This document shows, piece after piece, positions 40,422 through 50,185 of a DNA stretch of 64,000 nt. A program made the position numbers and the translations under genes. Each line of letters begins with the position of its first letter. Position 1 is the first letter of the stretch. A model generated the notes under the pieces. That model saw nothing but the letters and a program-made list of their open reading frames with translations. It was not told the origin of the DNA and searched no databases. Where the stretch lies: positions 131,237 to 195,236 of the forward strand of contig JAOAGR010000002.1 in NCBI GenBank assembly GCA_026415655.1, in the 5' to 3' direction. The stretch comes from Candidatus Dojkabacteria bacterium. GTDB lineage: Bacteria; Patescibacteriota; Dojkabacteria; JAOAGR01.

Positions 40422-40802
40422 TTACTTCAACGTTACTTTTGCTCCTGCTTCTTCTAGTTTTTTCTTGATTTCTTCAGCTTGTTCTTTTTTAACACCGGAC
40501 ATTACAATAACTGGTGCTGATTCAACTTTGGCCTTTGCTTCTGCCAATCCTAGGCTTTGATCAATCTCTCTCAGAGCTTTGATTACATTCAGCTTCTGAG
40601 CACCAATTTCGGTTAATTCCACATCAAATTCGGTTTTTTCTTCTGCAGCTTCTGCTGCTTGTGCTGGTCCTGCCGCAACTGCCATAACAGGTGCTGCCGC
40701 AGTGACACCAAACTTCTCCTCCATTGCTTTTTTTAGCTCTGCAGCTTCTAGCAAGGTTAGAGAAGCGATTTCTTCTAGTAATTTTTGAATTTTCTCTGAC
40801 AT
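40422..40802 (-). CDS. rplL: 50S ribosomal protein L7/L12
   Basis: N-terminal dimerisation helix, Ala/Glu-rich hinge ([22 protein letters not shown]), C-terminal domain ending ...GAKVTLK. Confidence 0.93.
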   Translation of the reverse strand: MSEKIQKLLEEIASLTLLEAAELKKAMEEKFGVTAAAPVMAVAAGPAQAAEAAEEKTEFDVELTEIGAQKLNVIKALREIDQSLGLAEAKAKVESAPVIVMSGVKKEQAEEIKKKLEEAGAKVTLK

Positions 40803-40805
40803 GAT

Positions 40806-41318
40806 TTATTGATTTTGTTTTTTAGCTACTTCTTCTACGAGATATGCAATATCTCTCATCACAGCATTTATAGATCCAACAACACCGCTTGCTCCAGAGT
40901 CCAAAAGATAAAGTATTTTTGCCAGAGTTTGTTCTCTGGATTCAACTTTGGATAATTTGTCTATTTCGGAACCATCATGTAATGTTCCTTCTACAAAACA
41001 GAAGAGATATTCACATTTTTCCTCTTTTTTTAATGCCGCCAATTTTTTGGCAATTTCAACAAAATCATCATAACAAAAAAATACAAATATCGGTCCTTTT
41101 AGATCTAATTTCGTGGATAAATTTTCATCCGCTGCTATTCTAAAAAGTGTATTTTTAATTAGTGTAAAGTAGCAATTCTTTTCTTTCGCGTATTGCTTCA
41201 ATTCATTAGCCTCTTGACCGTTGAAATTGCCTCTAATAGCAAAAATTGCATTAGATTTAGATATAGAATCCTTATAAGTATCTAAAATAGCTGATTTTTG
41301 TTGTCTTGTTTTTGCCAC
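40806..41318 (-). CDS. rplJ: 50S ribosomal protein L10
   Basis: 170 aa L10-like N-terminus, immediately upstream of rplL. Confidence 0.85.
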   Translation of the reverse strand: MAKTRQQKSAILDTYKDSISKSNAIFAIRGNFNGQEANELKQYAKEKNCYFTLIKNTLFRIAADENLSTKLDLKGPIFVFFCYDDFVEIAKKLAALKKEEKCEYLFCFVEGTLHDGSEIDKLSKVESREQTLAKILYLLDSGASGVVGSINAVMRDIAYLVEEVAKKQNQ

Positions 41319-41483
41319 AACAAGTTATTCGATTTATACAAAACGTCTTCCCCGTAGACGTGAAGTCAAAGAAACTAGGAAAATAAGACTAAAAACCATT
41401 TAAAGTCTCATTAGGTCTTATTTTTGTGCCTAATTTCTCTGACTTTCTGACGTATTATACACAAGAGATAAGTTTAGTTCAAC
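41319..41483 (-). promoter_or_regulatory. Probable rplJ leader (L10/L12 autoregulatory 5' UTR) and/or rpoD terminator region
   Basis: 165-nt untranslated gap between rpoD and rplJ with stem-loop potential (aagactaaaaaccatttaaagtctcattaggtctt). By analogy with conserved L10 leaders; structure not verified. Confidence 0.3.
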
Positions 41484-42590
41484 TTACTTTAGGTATGCGA
41501 CTAAATTTTGTTCTAATCCTTTTTCTTTTAGTTTTCTTATAGCTTTTGCTTCAATTTGTCTTATACGTTCTCTTGTTACATTAAATTCTGCCCCTACTTC
41601 TTCTAAAGTTCTTTGCACACCATCATTTAGTCCAAATCTTAGTTCTATTACTTTTCGCTCACGATCTGATAGTTCACTAAGTGCTTTTTCTAGTTCGTTT
41701 TTTAAGTTCGTGTACTCAGCATAGTCATGAGGGGTTGTTGTGTTTTTGTCAGCTATTATTTCTGCGAGAGATGATGAATTATCATCACCTATGGCCATTT
41801 GTAAAGATGATGGATTTTGAGAGATAGTTTTTATTTCGATTACCTTTTCAACATCAATTCCCATCTCCTTGGCGATCTCTTCTTCTGTTGGTTGTCTTTG
41901 GAGTTTTACAGCAAGTTGTGAGACAATTTTATTAAAGGTATTAATGGTTTCTATCATATGTACAGGGATACGTATAGTACGAGCTTGATCGGCAATAGCT
42001 CTTGAGATTGCCTGTTTTATCCACCACGATGCATATGTCGAAAATTTGTAACCTTTTTTGTAATTAAATTTTTCTACGGCTCTCATAAGCCCGACATTTC
42101 CCTCTTGGATAAGATCTAAAAGATCTAGTCCTCTTTTGTCATATTTTTTGGCATTACTTACAACTAGCCTCAAGTTTGCTGTTATCAAAAACTGGGCGGC
42201 TTCTTGATCTCCCTCTTCTTTTCTTTTGGCTAGTATCACTTCTTCTTCTGCAGTAAGTAGTGGTATACGTCCTATTTCCTGTAAATAGGCTCTGATAGGA
42301 TCTGTCGCGATATTTGCTTGTATGCTCCTAAAAATCTTAATTTTATCCTCAAGAGTCATTGTATTTTCTGGTACTTCCTCAGGTTTTACACTTTCGTCTA
42401 TTCCTGTGATTTCGATGTGATTATGATAAAACTCGTAGATTATATCCTCGACTAAATCAATATGGGCTTCCGGATCCGGTAAGATTTCTAAAAATTGATT
42501 AACATTTATAAATCCTTGAGTCTTGGCAATATTTAGAATTGTATTATATATTTTTTCCTCTTTTTGTTTCTTGCGTTCCATAGTTATCAA
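41484..42590 (-). CDS. rpoD: RNA polymerase primary sigma factor (sigma-70)
   Basis: Region 2 with the -10 recognition helix ([19 protein letters not shown]), region 3, and region 4.2 HTH ([28 protein letters not shown]). Length 368 aa. Confidence 0.92.
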   Translation of the reverse strand: MITMERKKQKEEKIYNTILNIAKTQGFINVNQFLEILPDPEAHIDLVEDIIYEFYHNHIEITGIDESVKPEEVPENTMTLEDKIKIFRSIQANIATDPIRAYLQEIGRIPLLTAEEEVILAKRKEEGDQEAAQFLITANLRLVVSNAKKYDKRGLDLLDLIQEGNVGLMRAVEKFNYKKGYKFSTYASWWIKQAISRAIADQARTIRIPVHMIETINTFNKIVSQLAVKLQRQPTEEEIAKEMGIDVEKVIEIKTISQNPSSLQMAIGDDNSSSLAEIIADKNTTTPHDYAEYTNLKNELEKALSELSDRERKVIELRFGLNDGVQRTLEEVGAEFNVTRERIRQIEAKAIRKLKEKGLEQNLVAYLK

Positions 42591-42665
42591 ACTAAAGGTT
42601 TATTATATTTAAAAATGAGAAAATAGTCACCATATATTTAGTAAATATCAGTTATATTTGGATCA

Positions 42666-42742
42666 TGGAGGCACGAGCGGGATTCGAACCCGCGAATAGC
42701 GGTTTTGCAGACCGCCGCCTTGGGCCACTTGGCTATCGTGCC
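42666..42742 (-). tRNA. tRNA-Cys (GCA), CCA encoded
   Basis: Reverse complement gives acceptor ggcacga/tcgtgcc, anticodon stem gcggt/accgc with loop ctGCAaa, T-arm gcggg-ttcgaat-cccgc, discriminator U + CCA. Confidence 0.85.
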
Positions 42743-43050
42743 GGACTCAAATACCTAATTATGCAATATTATACAAATAAAATCTATGTGCAAGATTTGA
42801 GGTTTGCAAGTGTCAGTTTGAGTTTTAACTTAATGATGAGTAATGAGAAAGGAGTATGAATATTTGTACTTTATTTGATTTCTATAAATTTCTTAACGTG
42901 GAGATTGAAATATAAGTTAAGAATGCAAAATTTAAATTAAATTTTTCTTACACAAAATGATGCTAGTGCCATGTTTAAATTTGCATTCATCTTTGGATGG
43001 GTGTCCAATCTCACAGAACGCGTACGATCGATCATATGGTTTATAGCATT

Positions 43051-43614
43051 TCATTGATTTGGGTTGAATGGTAAAAAATTGTAGGCTTTAGATAACTTTT
43101 TTATTGCCTCAGGAGAAACTTGATCTGGAGTAGCCACGTCGATAATTATCAAGTATGGTGGACCATAATCAACTAGTGATTGAGCTATCCTTAATTGATT
43201 GTCTGCTCCATATGTTCGGTTTCTTGTTAAGCCTATTGCTGCGGTAAAGTTATTAGATTCGGCATTGTAATATTGATTCCCAAATACGTTTTTCAATATT
43301 GCAGCAATGCTGATTTTATTATTTTTCAGAAATTTTTGTATAGTTGTTTGTATGGTTGAAACTCTAAATCCACATAAAGGTGAAAATCCAGTAAAGGGAT
43401 TCCTCAGAGTATGTACTTGTTCTTTTATTCTTCTATTAAAATCTTGTTCATCAACAAGTGCTAGACTATAAGTACAGTCTTGTATATCAGGATAATATAA
43501 TACATGAGGTTCTGTTTTAGCGGATATCTCAGCTAGGATTACTGCGTCGCCCCAATATAACAAATCATCTACATCTGGCCCACTACCCAAAACTGCAAAG
43601 TCGTACAACCCCAT
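43051..43614 (-). CDS. Hypothetical protein with moderately elevated GC. Possibly related to the 45429..46037 ORF and the high-GC family.
   Basis: 187 aa. The N-terminal LYDFAVLGSGPD (strand plus Gly-rich loop) resembles LFTIVFAGCGKF of 45429..46037. The C-terminal IIIDVATPDQVSPEAIKKL resembles IEIDVPNNVITVTLKLL of 4301..5023. Adjacent to tRNA-Cys. Confidence 0.45.
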   Translation of the reverse strand: MGLYDFAVLGSGPDVDDLLYWGDAVILAEISAKTEPHVLYYPDIQDCTYSLALVDEQDFNRRIKEQVHTLRNPFTGFSPLCGFRVSTIQTTIQKFLKNNKISIAAILKNVFGNQYYNAESNNFTAAIGLTRNRTYGADNQLRIAQSLVDYGPPYLIIIDVATPDQVSPEAIKKLSKAYNFLPFNPNQ

Positions 43615-43743
43615 ATTTTAAATAACTATTATATGACGAAAGGTAAATCAATATTAAACTTTTAATGATATCTTTGTTATAATCTAATTGCCCATCGACA
43701 TTTAGGTGATTTGTGTTGAGGTTGTCGATGGGTACTCTGCATC

Positions 43744-44745
43744 TTGTACAGATTTCATAATTTTGATAAAATAGGTACTAATATGACAACGACAGATAAA
43801 AATCAAGATAATCAAAATCTAAATCAAAATCCAGAAACACTAGAGTCACAAATTAATAGTGTGCCAGCCACATCTGGACCAATGGCTGAATCAAACAGAC
43901 CGGATGATGAAATTAATCAAATTAAAACTAAAGTTGCGGATGAAGAATCTCAGGTTATAGGTAAAGATATAGAATCTCCTACAAAATCAACGTCTGATGT
44001 TCAATCAGTTCCACAACAGGAAATAAAAGACGATACAAATACGAATTCATCAGAACAGAGTGCTAAAACTAATGTAAATAACACAAATCCTATAGAAAAT
44101 GCCTCAAATCAAATATCTAATTTTGTAAATGAAACTTTGTCAGGTGTGATGCCTAGCAACCAACAAGGTCAGAATAATCAAAATGAAAAAAACAAAAAGA
44201 TAATTTTGTTCGGTATTGTTATTATTGTTATATTATTAGTATGTTGTATATTGTATGTACTTGGTATAACTGTGTTTAAATCAGCTTATGATGGCCTTTT
44301 TGGCCCTTATGGAAATAAACAACAAGATGTAACGCAGCAAAATGCTAACAACAATAATAAATCAGAAGAGAATGATAATAATGATGACACTAAAATTACT
44401 GGAGAAGACAGGAGGGTAAAAAGAGATTTCGTGAAGATATTTAGCGCATCAGGTGATAGTGGCACTAGTTCATCTACAGAAAGCTTCACTGTTAAGGAAA
44501 AAAAGAATCTCAAGTTTGTAGGTACATACAAAAATGTAAGTAGATTTGGATCTTGTGTTATGACTGTCTTAGTTAAAGGAGTTACAGATCAAACTTATTT
44601 CAGTTATGCTCAAACGGTGGAAATACCTAAGGGTGAGGAAAAGACACACGAATCCATGGTTTATAACGTACCCGGTGGTGAATATTATCTAAATGTAAGT
44701 GGTTATGGGTGTGAGTGGAAGGTTGATGTGTATGAAGCAAAATAA
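43744..44745 (+). CDS. Single-TM membrane protein with a long N/Q/S-rich N-terminal region and a small Cys-containing C-terminal domain
   Basis: 333 aa. Low-complexity Q/N-rich aa 1-150, TM (IILFGIVIIVILLVCCILYVLGITVF), and a C-terminal domain with Cys pairs. Confidence 0.55.
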   Translation: MYRFHNFDKIGTNMTTTDKNQDNQNLNQNPETLESQINSVPATSGPMAESNRPDDEINQIKTKVADEESQVIGKDIESPTKSTSDVQSVPQQEIKDDTNTNSSEQSAKTNVNNTNPIENASNQISNFVNETLSGVMPSNQQGQNNQNEKNKKIILFGIVIIVILLVCCILYVLGITVFKSAYDGLFGPYGNKQQDVTQQNANNNNKSEENDNNDDTKITGEDRRVKRDFVKIFSASGDSGTSSSTESFTVKEKKNLKFVGTYKNVSRFGSCVMTVLVKGVTDQTYFSYAQTVEIPKGEEKTHESMVYNVPGGEYYLNVSGYGCEWKVDVYEAK

Positions 44746-45123
44746 GAGTAGTATTGTATTAGTTTATATTTTTGAAATTTTGATGTTTTATGCTGATATG
44801 TTATGAATTTGTTTCTTCTTGCTTGTCTAGTTTATCTAGATTTTATTCTGATTAGTTATCATTGTGTCATAGAATTTGTTTTCTGTCGTACCAAGATAAT
44901 AATCAAAGGTCTAATAAATCAATGAACAACACGACAAAGCACCAGAGTATCTTTTAGTTCAAATATGTTGGGATTAAAATAGCGCTAGATAATTTCAATA
45001 AGAATAAGTTATACCTTGCAATTCTCAGACCCATAATCATCTAGATATTTTATTACAGTGATAATTTACATCTATCCGTGTATTATAAAATAAAAATATT
45101 CAAAATATATTTTAAAATTAACT

Positions 45124-45199
45124 TGGTGAGGCGTACTGGACTCGAACCAGTGACAGGCTGCTTAAGAGGCAGCTGCTCTACCGACTGAGCTAACGCCCC
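45124..45199 (-). tRNA. tRNA-Lys (CTT), CCA encoded
   Basis: Reverse complement gives acceptor ggggcgt/acgcctc, D-arm gctc-agtcggt-agagc, anticodon stem gctgc/gcagc with loop ctCTTaa, T-arm actgg-ttcgagt-ccagt, discriminator A + CCA. Confidence 0.85.
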
Positions 45200-45428
45200 A
45201 AGAAAATCTTATGTATTTTATAACAAGATTAATATATGGTAAATAGATTGTAGAAATTAGATCTATTAATTCATTCAACCTGTAGCCTAAGCCACTATGA
45301 ACTTATGAGAATTCGTGATCCCAATCCGATCCTTATTCCACTGTAAAAACCATCAAATGTGTTATTTCTGTTTAGCAAAAGTCTTTGCTACTAAAGTGGA
45401 GATGAATGTCTCAACGCCTGAATATATT

Positions 45429-46037
45429 CTATCTGGTTCGTCTTGTGAAGGCGCTTACGTAAATACAGCCTTGATATGGTGTATTGGGGATGTTTGGATG
45501 GGGTAGTACCTTAGGTGCGCCAAATGGGTCCTCTTTTCGTATGGCTTCATAGCTTTGTAATACCTCAGGTTTCAATTGTATTTCTTGCATTTGTTCTCTT
45601 AGTTTTTCTAGAGATGCCACGACTACCGGCTTATGGACCTCTTCAGGTGTGTATGAGTCCACAAATAGGGCGCCCTTAATTTGTCTCTGCAAGCCAATAC
45701 TTTCTAATAAGGGTGGAATATTGTCGCTCTGATCACCTGGAAGACAGAGTACATTCCGTGCCACAACGTAAATAGGGCCGGGATGTTGTGAGACTATTTG
45801 TCCAATTGCGTCGGAGAATGGTTGATTTGGATAGTATGTAACTTCCTTTAGTGAAGAATGATTGTCGATGTACAATCTGATAGCATGCAGCGGCATTTGG
45901 TTAATCAATTCCGCGTCATTAAAGGCTATACGGAACGACCCCTCTAATCCAAATATATTTTGCACCACGGCTACATAACCAATGTCAGATGGTGGAAATT
46001 TTCCACAACCTGCAAATACTATGGTAAATAAGTTCAT
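45429..46037 (-). CDS. Hypothetical protein, high-GC atypical-codon ORF, co-oriented with and immediately upstream of tRNA-Lys
   Basis: 202 aa with GC clearly above background. The N-terminal hydrophobic strand plus Gly-rich loop (LFTIVFAGCGKFPPSD) suggests a Rossmann-like fold. No assignable family. Confidence 0.45.
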   Translation of the reverse strand: MNLFTIVFAGCGKFPPSDIGYVAVVQNIFGLEGSFRIAFNDAELINQMPLHAIRLYIDNHSSLKEVTYYPNQPFSDAIGQIVSQHPGPIYVVARNVLCLPGDQSDNIPPLLESIGLQRQIKGALFVDSYTPEEVHKPVVVASLEKLREQMQEIQLKPEVLQSYEAIRKEDPFGAPKVLPHPNIPNTPYQGCIYVSAFTRRTR

Positions 46038-46267
46038 AGTTTTATATTATGCATTTTTATATCGGGGCTGTTAATCTATTAAGTTCATCAGAATAAACGA
46101 ATGCGATGAACTATAGACAAATGACGTCGTAGGCGACGTTGTTATTAACAAAATTAATGCGAGATAAATTTATGTGATAAAAGGCCCAAAAGTCGGTAAA
46201 AATATGATAATCGGTAAAAATATAAAATGTATTACCATTCATTTTTATCTTTGATAAAAATAATCCA

Positions 46268-46915
46268 CTAACGACAATTATCTACCTGCATAGATTGGGT
46301 TTTATCAAATAACCGTGCATGCTTTAGTGGTATAAGTACGGCAAAGATTTTGCCTTTTAATGTATTGACTTCAGGGTTTACAAACATAAAAACTCGTGAG
46401 TCAGAGCTTTCAGCTCGGTTATCACCAAGTACGAATAGATGTTTTTTAGGGACCTCGTATTCGACGCCCTCTTCCATGCGATCATTATTTCTTATTTCAG
46501 TTTTTCTGTCTTTAGGTAGATACCTTTCTTCGATTTCTTGGCCATTTACATAAACTTTTCCGTTTTCGATTTTTATTTTATCTCCTTCCATCGCAATTAT
46601 GCGTTTGATTAGATCTTGACCTTCACGTAATTGAAATACTATCACATCACCTTTTTGATAACCCGTAAAGTTTGGTGATAGCTTGTCAGTGATTACTACA
46701 TCGCCAGAGCAAAAGTTTGGCTGCATGGATACACCTTCAATGGTATGGGGAGAAAAGACAAACATGTTTAGTATTATCATTGTTGCCAAGCCTATAATTA
46801 GTACTTGGGCAAAGTCCATTATCCATGCAATGATAGAAGTCAAAAAACGAATAATGATATTATCACTAGATTGAAGTGTCTCGTAATGCGATTTTACAAA
46901 GTCTTGTGCTTGCAT
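46268..46915 (-). CDS. lepB: Signal peptidase I (S26 family)
   Basis: N-terminal TM, catalytic Ser/Lys regions, and box E GDNRAESSDSR. Length 215 aa. Confidence 0.88.
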   Translation of the reverse strand: MQAQDFVKSHYETLQSSDNIIIRFLTSIIAWIMDFAQVLIIGLATMIILNMFVFSPHTIEGVSMQPNFCSGDVVITDKLSPNFTGYQKGDVIVFQLREGQDLIKRIIAMEGDKIKIENGKVYVNGQEIEERYLPKDRKTEIRNNDRMEEGVEYEVPKKHLFVLGDNRAESSDSRVFMFVNPEVNTLKGKIFAVLIPLKHARLFDKTQSMQVDNCR

Positions 46916-46950
46916 GATATCTTTTTGTATAACTTGTATAATATCACATC

Positions 46951-47556
46951 ATGGTAATATTTTGTCGACATGGAAAGACTGTGTATAATGAACAAGATAA
47001 ATTTCAAGGTTTTTCTGATAGTCCACTCACGTCAGAAGGAATAAATCTAGCTTACAAAATACGACATTTCTTAGAGAAAAATGTCATTGATACAAAAAAA
47101 TTAAAATGTTTCTCTAGTCCGTTACAAAGAGCAAAATGTACAACTGATCTAATATTTAAAAATTTAGATATAAAGGATAAACCTGAAATTACAACAACAA
47201 AATTGCTTACAGAGATTTGTTATGGATCATGGGAAGGTATATCGCGAAGTGCTATTGAACCGAAATTTTTAGAACGTAGAGAGGAAAATAGATATATGTT
47301 TATACATCCGGGCGTTTTTAATGGTCAAAAAGGTGAAAGTTATAAATCTATTTTTCTTAGGACTAAGAAATTTCTACAAAAAGTCCTGTTATTAGCTAAA
47401 GATTATCACGTATTAGTAGTAACTCATCATGGAGTGTTGATAAATGTATTTAAATATTTTGGTCATCTTAACGATAAAGAGATTAATAAGATAAGAATAA
47501 AGAATAATCAGTTATTGATTTTGAATAGAAATAAATTTGACATTTACGAACTTTAA
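46951..47556 (+). CDS. Histidine phosphatase family protein (phosphoglycerate mutase-like)
   Basis: N-terminal catalytic motif FCRHGKTVYN (RHGxT-xN) and the downstream His region (VVTHHGV). Length 201 aa. Confidence 0.75.
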   Translation: MVIFCRHGKTVYNEQDKFQGFSDSPLTSEGINLAYKIRHFLEKNVIDTKKLKCFSSPLQRAKCTTDLIFKNLDIKDKPEITTTKLLTEICYGSWEGISRSAIEPKFLERREENRYMFIHPGVFNGQKGESYKSIFLRTKKFLQKVLLLAKDYHVLVVTHHGVLINVFKYFGHLNDKEINKIRIKNNQLLILNRNKFDIYEL

Positions 47557-47568
47557 TTAGTTGATTAA

Positions 47569-50055
47569 TTGACACTTTTTGATTATTTGATACAATTTAA
47601 GATCATGTCAGCTGGTTATAATCACCAAGAAATTGATTCAAAATGGCGAAAAGCCTGGACGGAGAAGAGCTTTTACGTAGTTGATAATAAATTATCAGAC
47701 AAGAAAAAAATCTATATTTTAGACATGTATCCATACCCTTCAGGATCGGGGTTACATGTAGGGCATGTTGAAGGTTATACTGGTACAGATGTGTTATCTC
47801 GGTTTTATAGAATGAATGGATATGAGGTTTTACATCCTATGGGATGGGATTCTTTCGGGCTTCCAGCTGAAAACTATGCTATAAAAACTGGTATTCATCC
47901 TAAGAAAACAACGGAAGATGCTATTGCTACATTTAAGGAACAATTACAATCTTTAGGATTTTCTTATGATTGGACTAGAGAGATAGCTTGTCATACTACA
48001 GAGTATTATAAATGGACGCAATGGCTATTTAAGTTTTTATATCAAAGAGGATTAGCTTTTAGAAAAAAAGCACCGGTAAATTGGTGTGATAAATGTAAGA
48101 CAGTTATTGCTAATGAACAAGTAATAAATGGACTTTGTGAAAGGTGCGATAGTCAAGTCATACAAAAAGAAATGGATCAGTGGTTTTTCAAAATTACTGA
48201 ATACGCGGATAGATTGATTGAAGATATAAAAAAAGTTGATTGGCCTGAGTCGACTAAACAGAATCAATTGAATTGGATAGGTAGATCAGAAGGTGCAGAA
48301 ATAGATTTTGATATTTTAGGTAAAGATGAGAAAGTTACAGTTTTTACAACTCGTTTAGACACTATTTATGGTGTTACATTCTTGGTGTTGGCACCGGAAC
48401 ATCCATTGGTTCAGCAAATTGTAGATGAAAATTATCGACAACAAGTAGTTGATTATATAGAAAAAACAAAACAAAAAACTGAACTAGATCGTATATCTCA
48501 AAAAGAAAAAACAGGAGTTTTCACCGGAGCTTATGCAATAAATCCATTTAATAACGAAAAAGTACCTATTTGGATTAGTGATTTTGTACTTTATCACTAC
48601 GGTACTGGTGCTGTAATGGGTGTACCAGCACATGATGAACGTGATTTTGAATTTGCAAAAAAATTTGGTTTAGAAATAAAAAAAGTTGTTACCAGAAGTA
48701 TGGGATGTTGTTGTGGTAATTGTTCTTGTGAGGATCTACCGATCGTGGAAGAAGATGGAGCAGTGCTTGTGAATTCAGGAGACTTTGATTATCTATCAAC
48801 TCACGATGCAAGAGTAAAAATGCTTGATTATGCAGTATCAAAAGGCCTCGGTAGGAAGAAGGTAAGTTATAAACTACGAGATTGGTCTATTTCAAGACAA
48901 AGATATTGGGGATGTCCAATACCTGTTGTTTATGAAAAGGATGGAAATATCATTTTAGTTGACGATGCCGATCTACCTGTGATATTGCCTGATGATGTTA
49001 ATTTTGTTCCAACAGGACGTAGTCCATTATTAGATCATGAAGAATTTATTGATGTATCTGATAAATATGGAGAGGGTGCTAGAAGGGAAGCCGATACTAT
49101 GGACACATTTGTAGATTCTAGTTGGTACTTTTTGAGATTTTGTGATCCTAATAATGCTTTTGAATTCGCAAGTCGTGAATCTATGAAAAAATGGGCTCCA
49201 GTAGATATCTACGTTGGTGGAGCAGAACATACTACTTTACATCTTTTGTATGCGAGGTTTTTTACGAAAGTGTTATATGATGCGGGTTATATTGATTTTG
49301 ATGAGCCTTTTTTGATGCTAAGACATCCTGGTATTGTTCTGGGTGAGGATGGTTCCAAAATGAGTAAAAGGCTTGGTAATGTGATTGATCCTTTATCTGT
49401 TGCATCAGAGTATGGCGCTGATGCTTTACGTACTTATGAACTTTTTATGGGGCCTTTCAATAAGATGAAAGCTTGGAGTACATCTGGCGTGCGTGGTATA
49501 AGAAGATTCTTAGATAGAGTCTGGAAGATTTATGATAATGGGCTCTATGAAAATTCTGAATATAATTCAGAGGTCGATGCAAGATTGCATAAAACTATAA
49601 AAAAAGTGACAGAAGATACTCAAAGTTTTGATTTTAACACCGCAATCTCAGCCATGATGGAGTTTATAAATTTTGTAGAAGATAATAATAGTATTACTCT
49701 TGATCAATATAAAAAATTTTTACAACTTTTGGCGCCATATGCACCGTTTTTGACAGAAGAAATTTGGCAAAAGGTGAATAACAATAATGAAGATACTTTT
49801 GATGAAAGTAAATCTATCCATTATTCTGTATGGCCTGAGTATGATGAATCAAAGATAGTGGAGAGTATGGTAACGATTGGAGTGCAGGTGAATGGTACAG
49901 TACGTAGTGAGTTGACAGTAAGAGCAGATGAAAGTTTGGAAGTAGTGAAAGAAAAAGTTTTATCTGATCCGAAGATACAGAAGTGGATTGAGGGAAAAAT
50001 TATTAAGGATATAATCTATAAGCCAGGTAAGATAGTAAATATTATTGTTGAATAA
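47569..50055 (+). CDS. leuS: Leucyl-tRNA synthetase
   Basis: HVGHVEGY (HIGH), CP1 editing domain, KMSKRLGN (KMSKS), C-terminal anticodon-binding domain. Length 828 aa. Unusual Cys-rich insert GCCCGNCSCED. Confidence 0.95.
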   Translation: MTLFDYLIQFKIMSAGYNHQEIDSKWRKAWTEKSFYVVDNKLSDKKKIYILDMYPYPSGSGLHVGHVEGYTGTDVLSRFYRMNGYEVLHPMGWDSFGLPAENYAIKTGIHPKKTTEDAIATFKEQLQSLGFSYDWTREIACHTTEYYKWTQWLFKFLYQRGLAFRKKAPVNWCDKCKTVIANEQVINGLCERCDSQVIQKEMDQWFFKITEYADRLIEDIKKVDWPESTKQNQLNWIGRSEGAEIDFDILGKDEKVTVFTTRLDTIYGVTFLVLAPEHPLVQQIVDENYRQQVVDYIEKTKQKTELDRISQKEKTGVFTGAYAINPFNNEKVPIWISDFVLYHYGTGAVMGVPAHDERDFEFAKKFGLEIKKVVTRSMGCCCGNCSCEDLPIVEEDGAVLVNSGDFDYLSTHDARVKMLDYAVSKGLGRKKVSYKLRDWSISRQRYWGCPIPVVYEKDGNIILVDDADLPVILPDDVNFVPTGRSPLLDHEEFIDVSDKYGEGARREADTMDTFVDSSWYFLRFCDPNNAFEFASRESMKKWAPVDIYVGGAEHTTLHLLYARFFTKVLYDAGYIDFDEPFLMLRHPGIVLGEDGSKMSKRLGNVIDPLSVASEYGADALRTYELFMGPFNKMKAWSTSGVRGIRRFLDRVWKIYDNGLYENSEYNSEVDARLHKTIKKVTEDTQSFDFNTAISAMMEFINFVEDNNSITLDQYKKFLQLLAPYAPFLTEEIWQKVNNNNEDTFDESKSIHYSVWPEYDESKIVESMVTIGVQVNGTVRSELTVRADESLEVVKEKVLSDPKIQKWIEGKIIKDIIYKPGKIVNIIVE

Positions 50056-50185
50056 CTCTTTTTAAATAGGTTAAAAACATCTAGAATTCAAAATTGAAGG
50101 ATTTTTTATTTATTTTTTGTCTAGAAAATTCATTTTGTTAGTAATTTAATTTTATTTAGGTAAAATAGATTAGATTCTGTGTTAT

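Noticed and set aside
46123-46141. Short palindrome gacgtcgtaggcgacgt downstream of lepB as a possible terminator
   Set aside because: Only a 6-bp stem and no convincing T-run on the transcribed strand; not strong enough to call.
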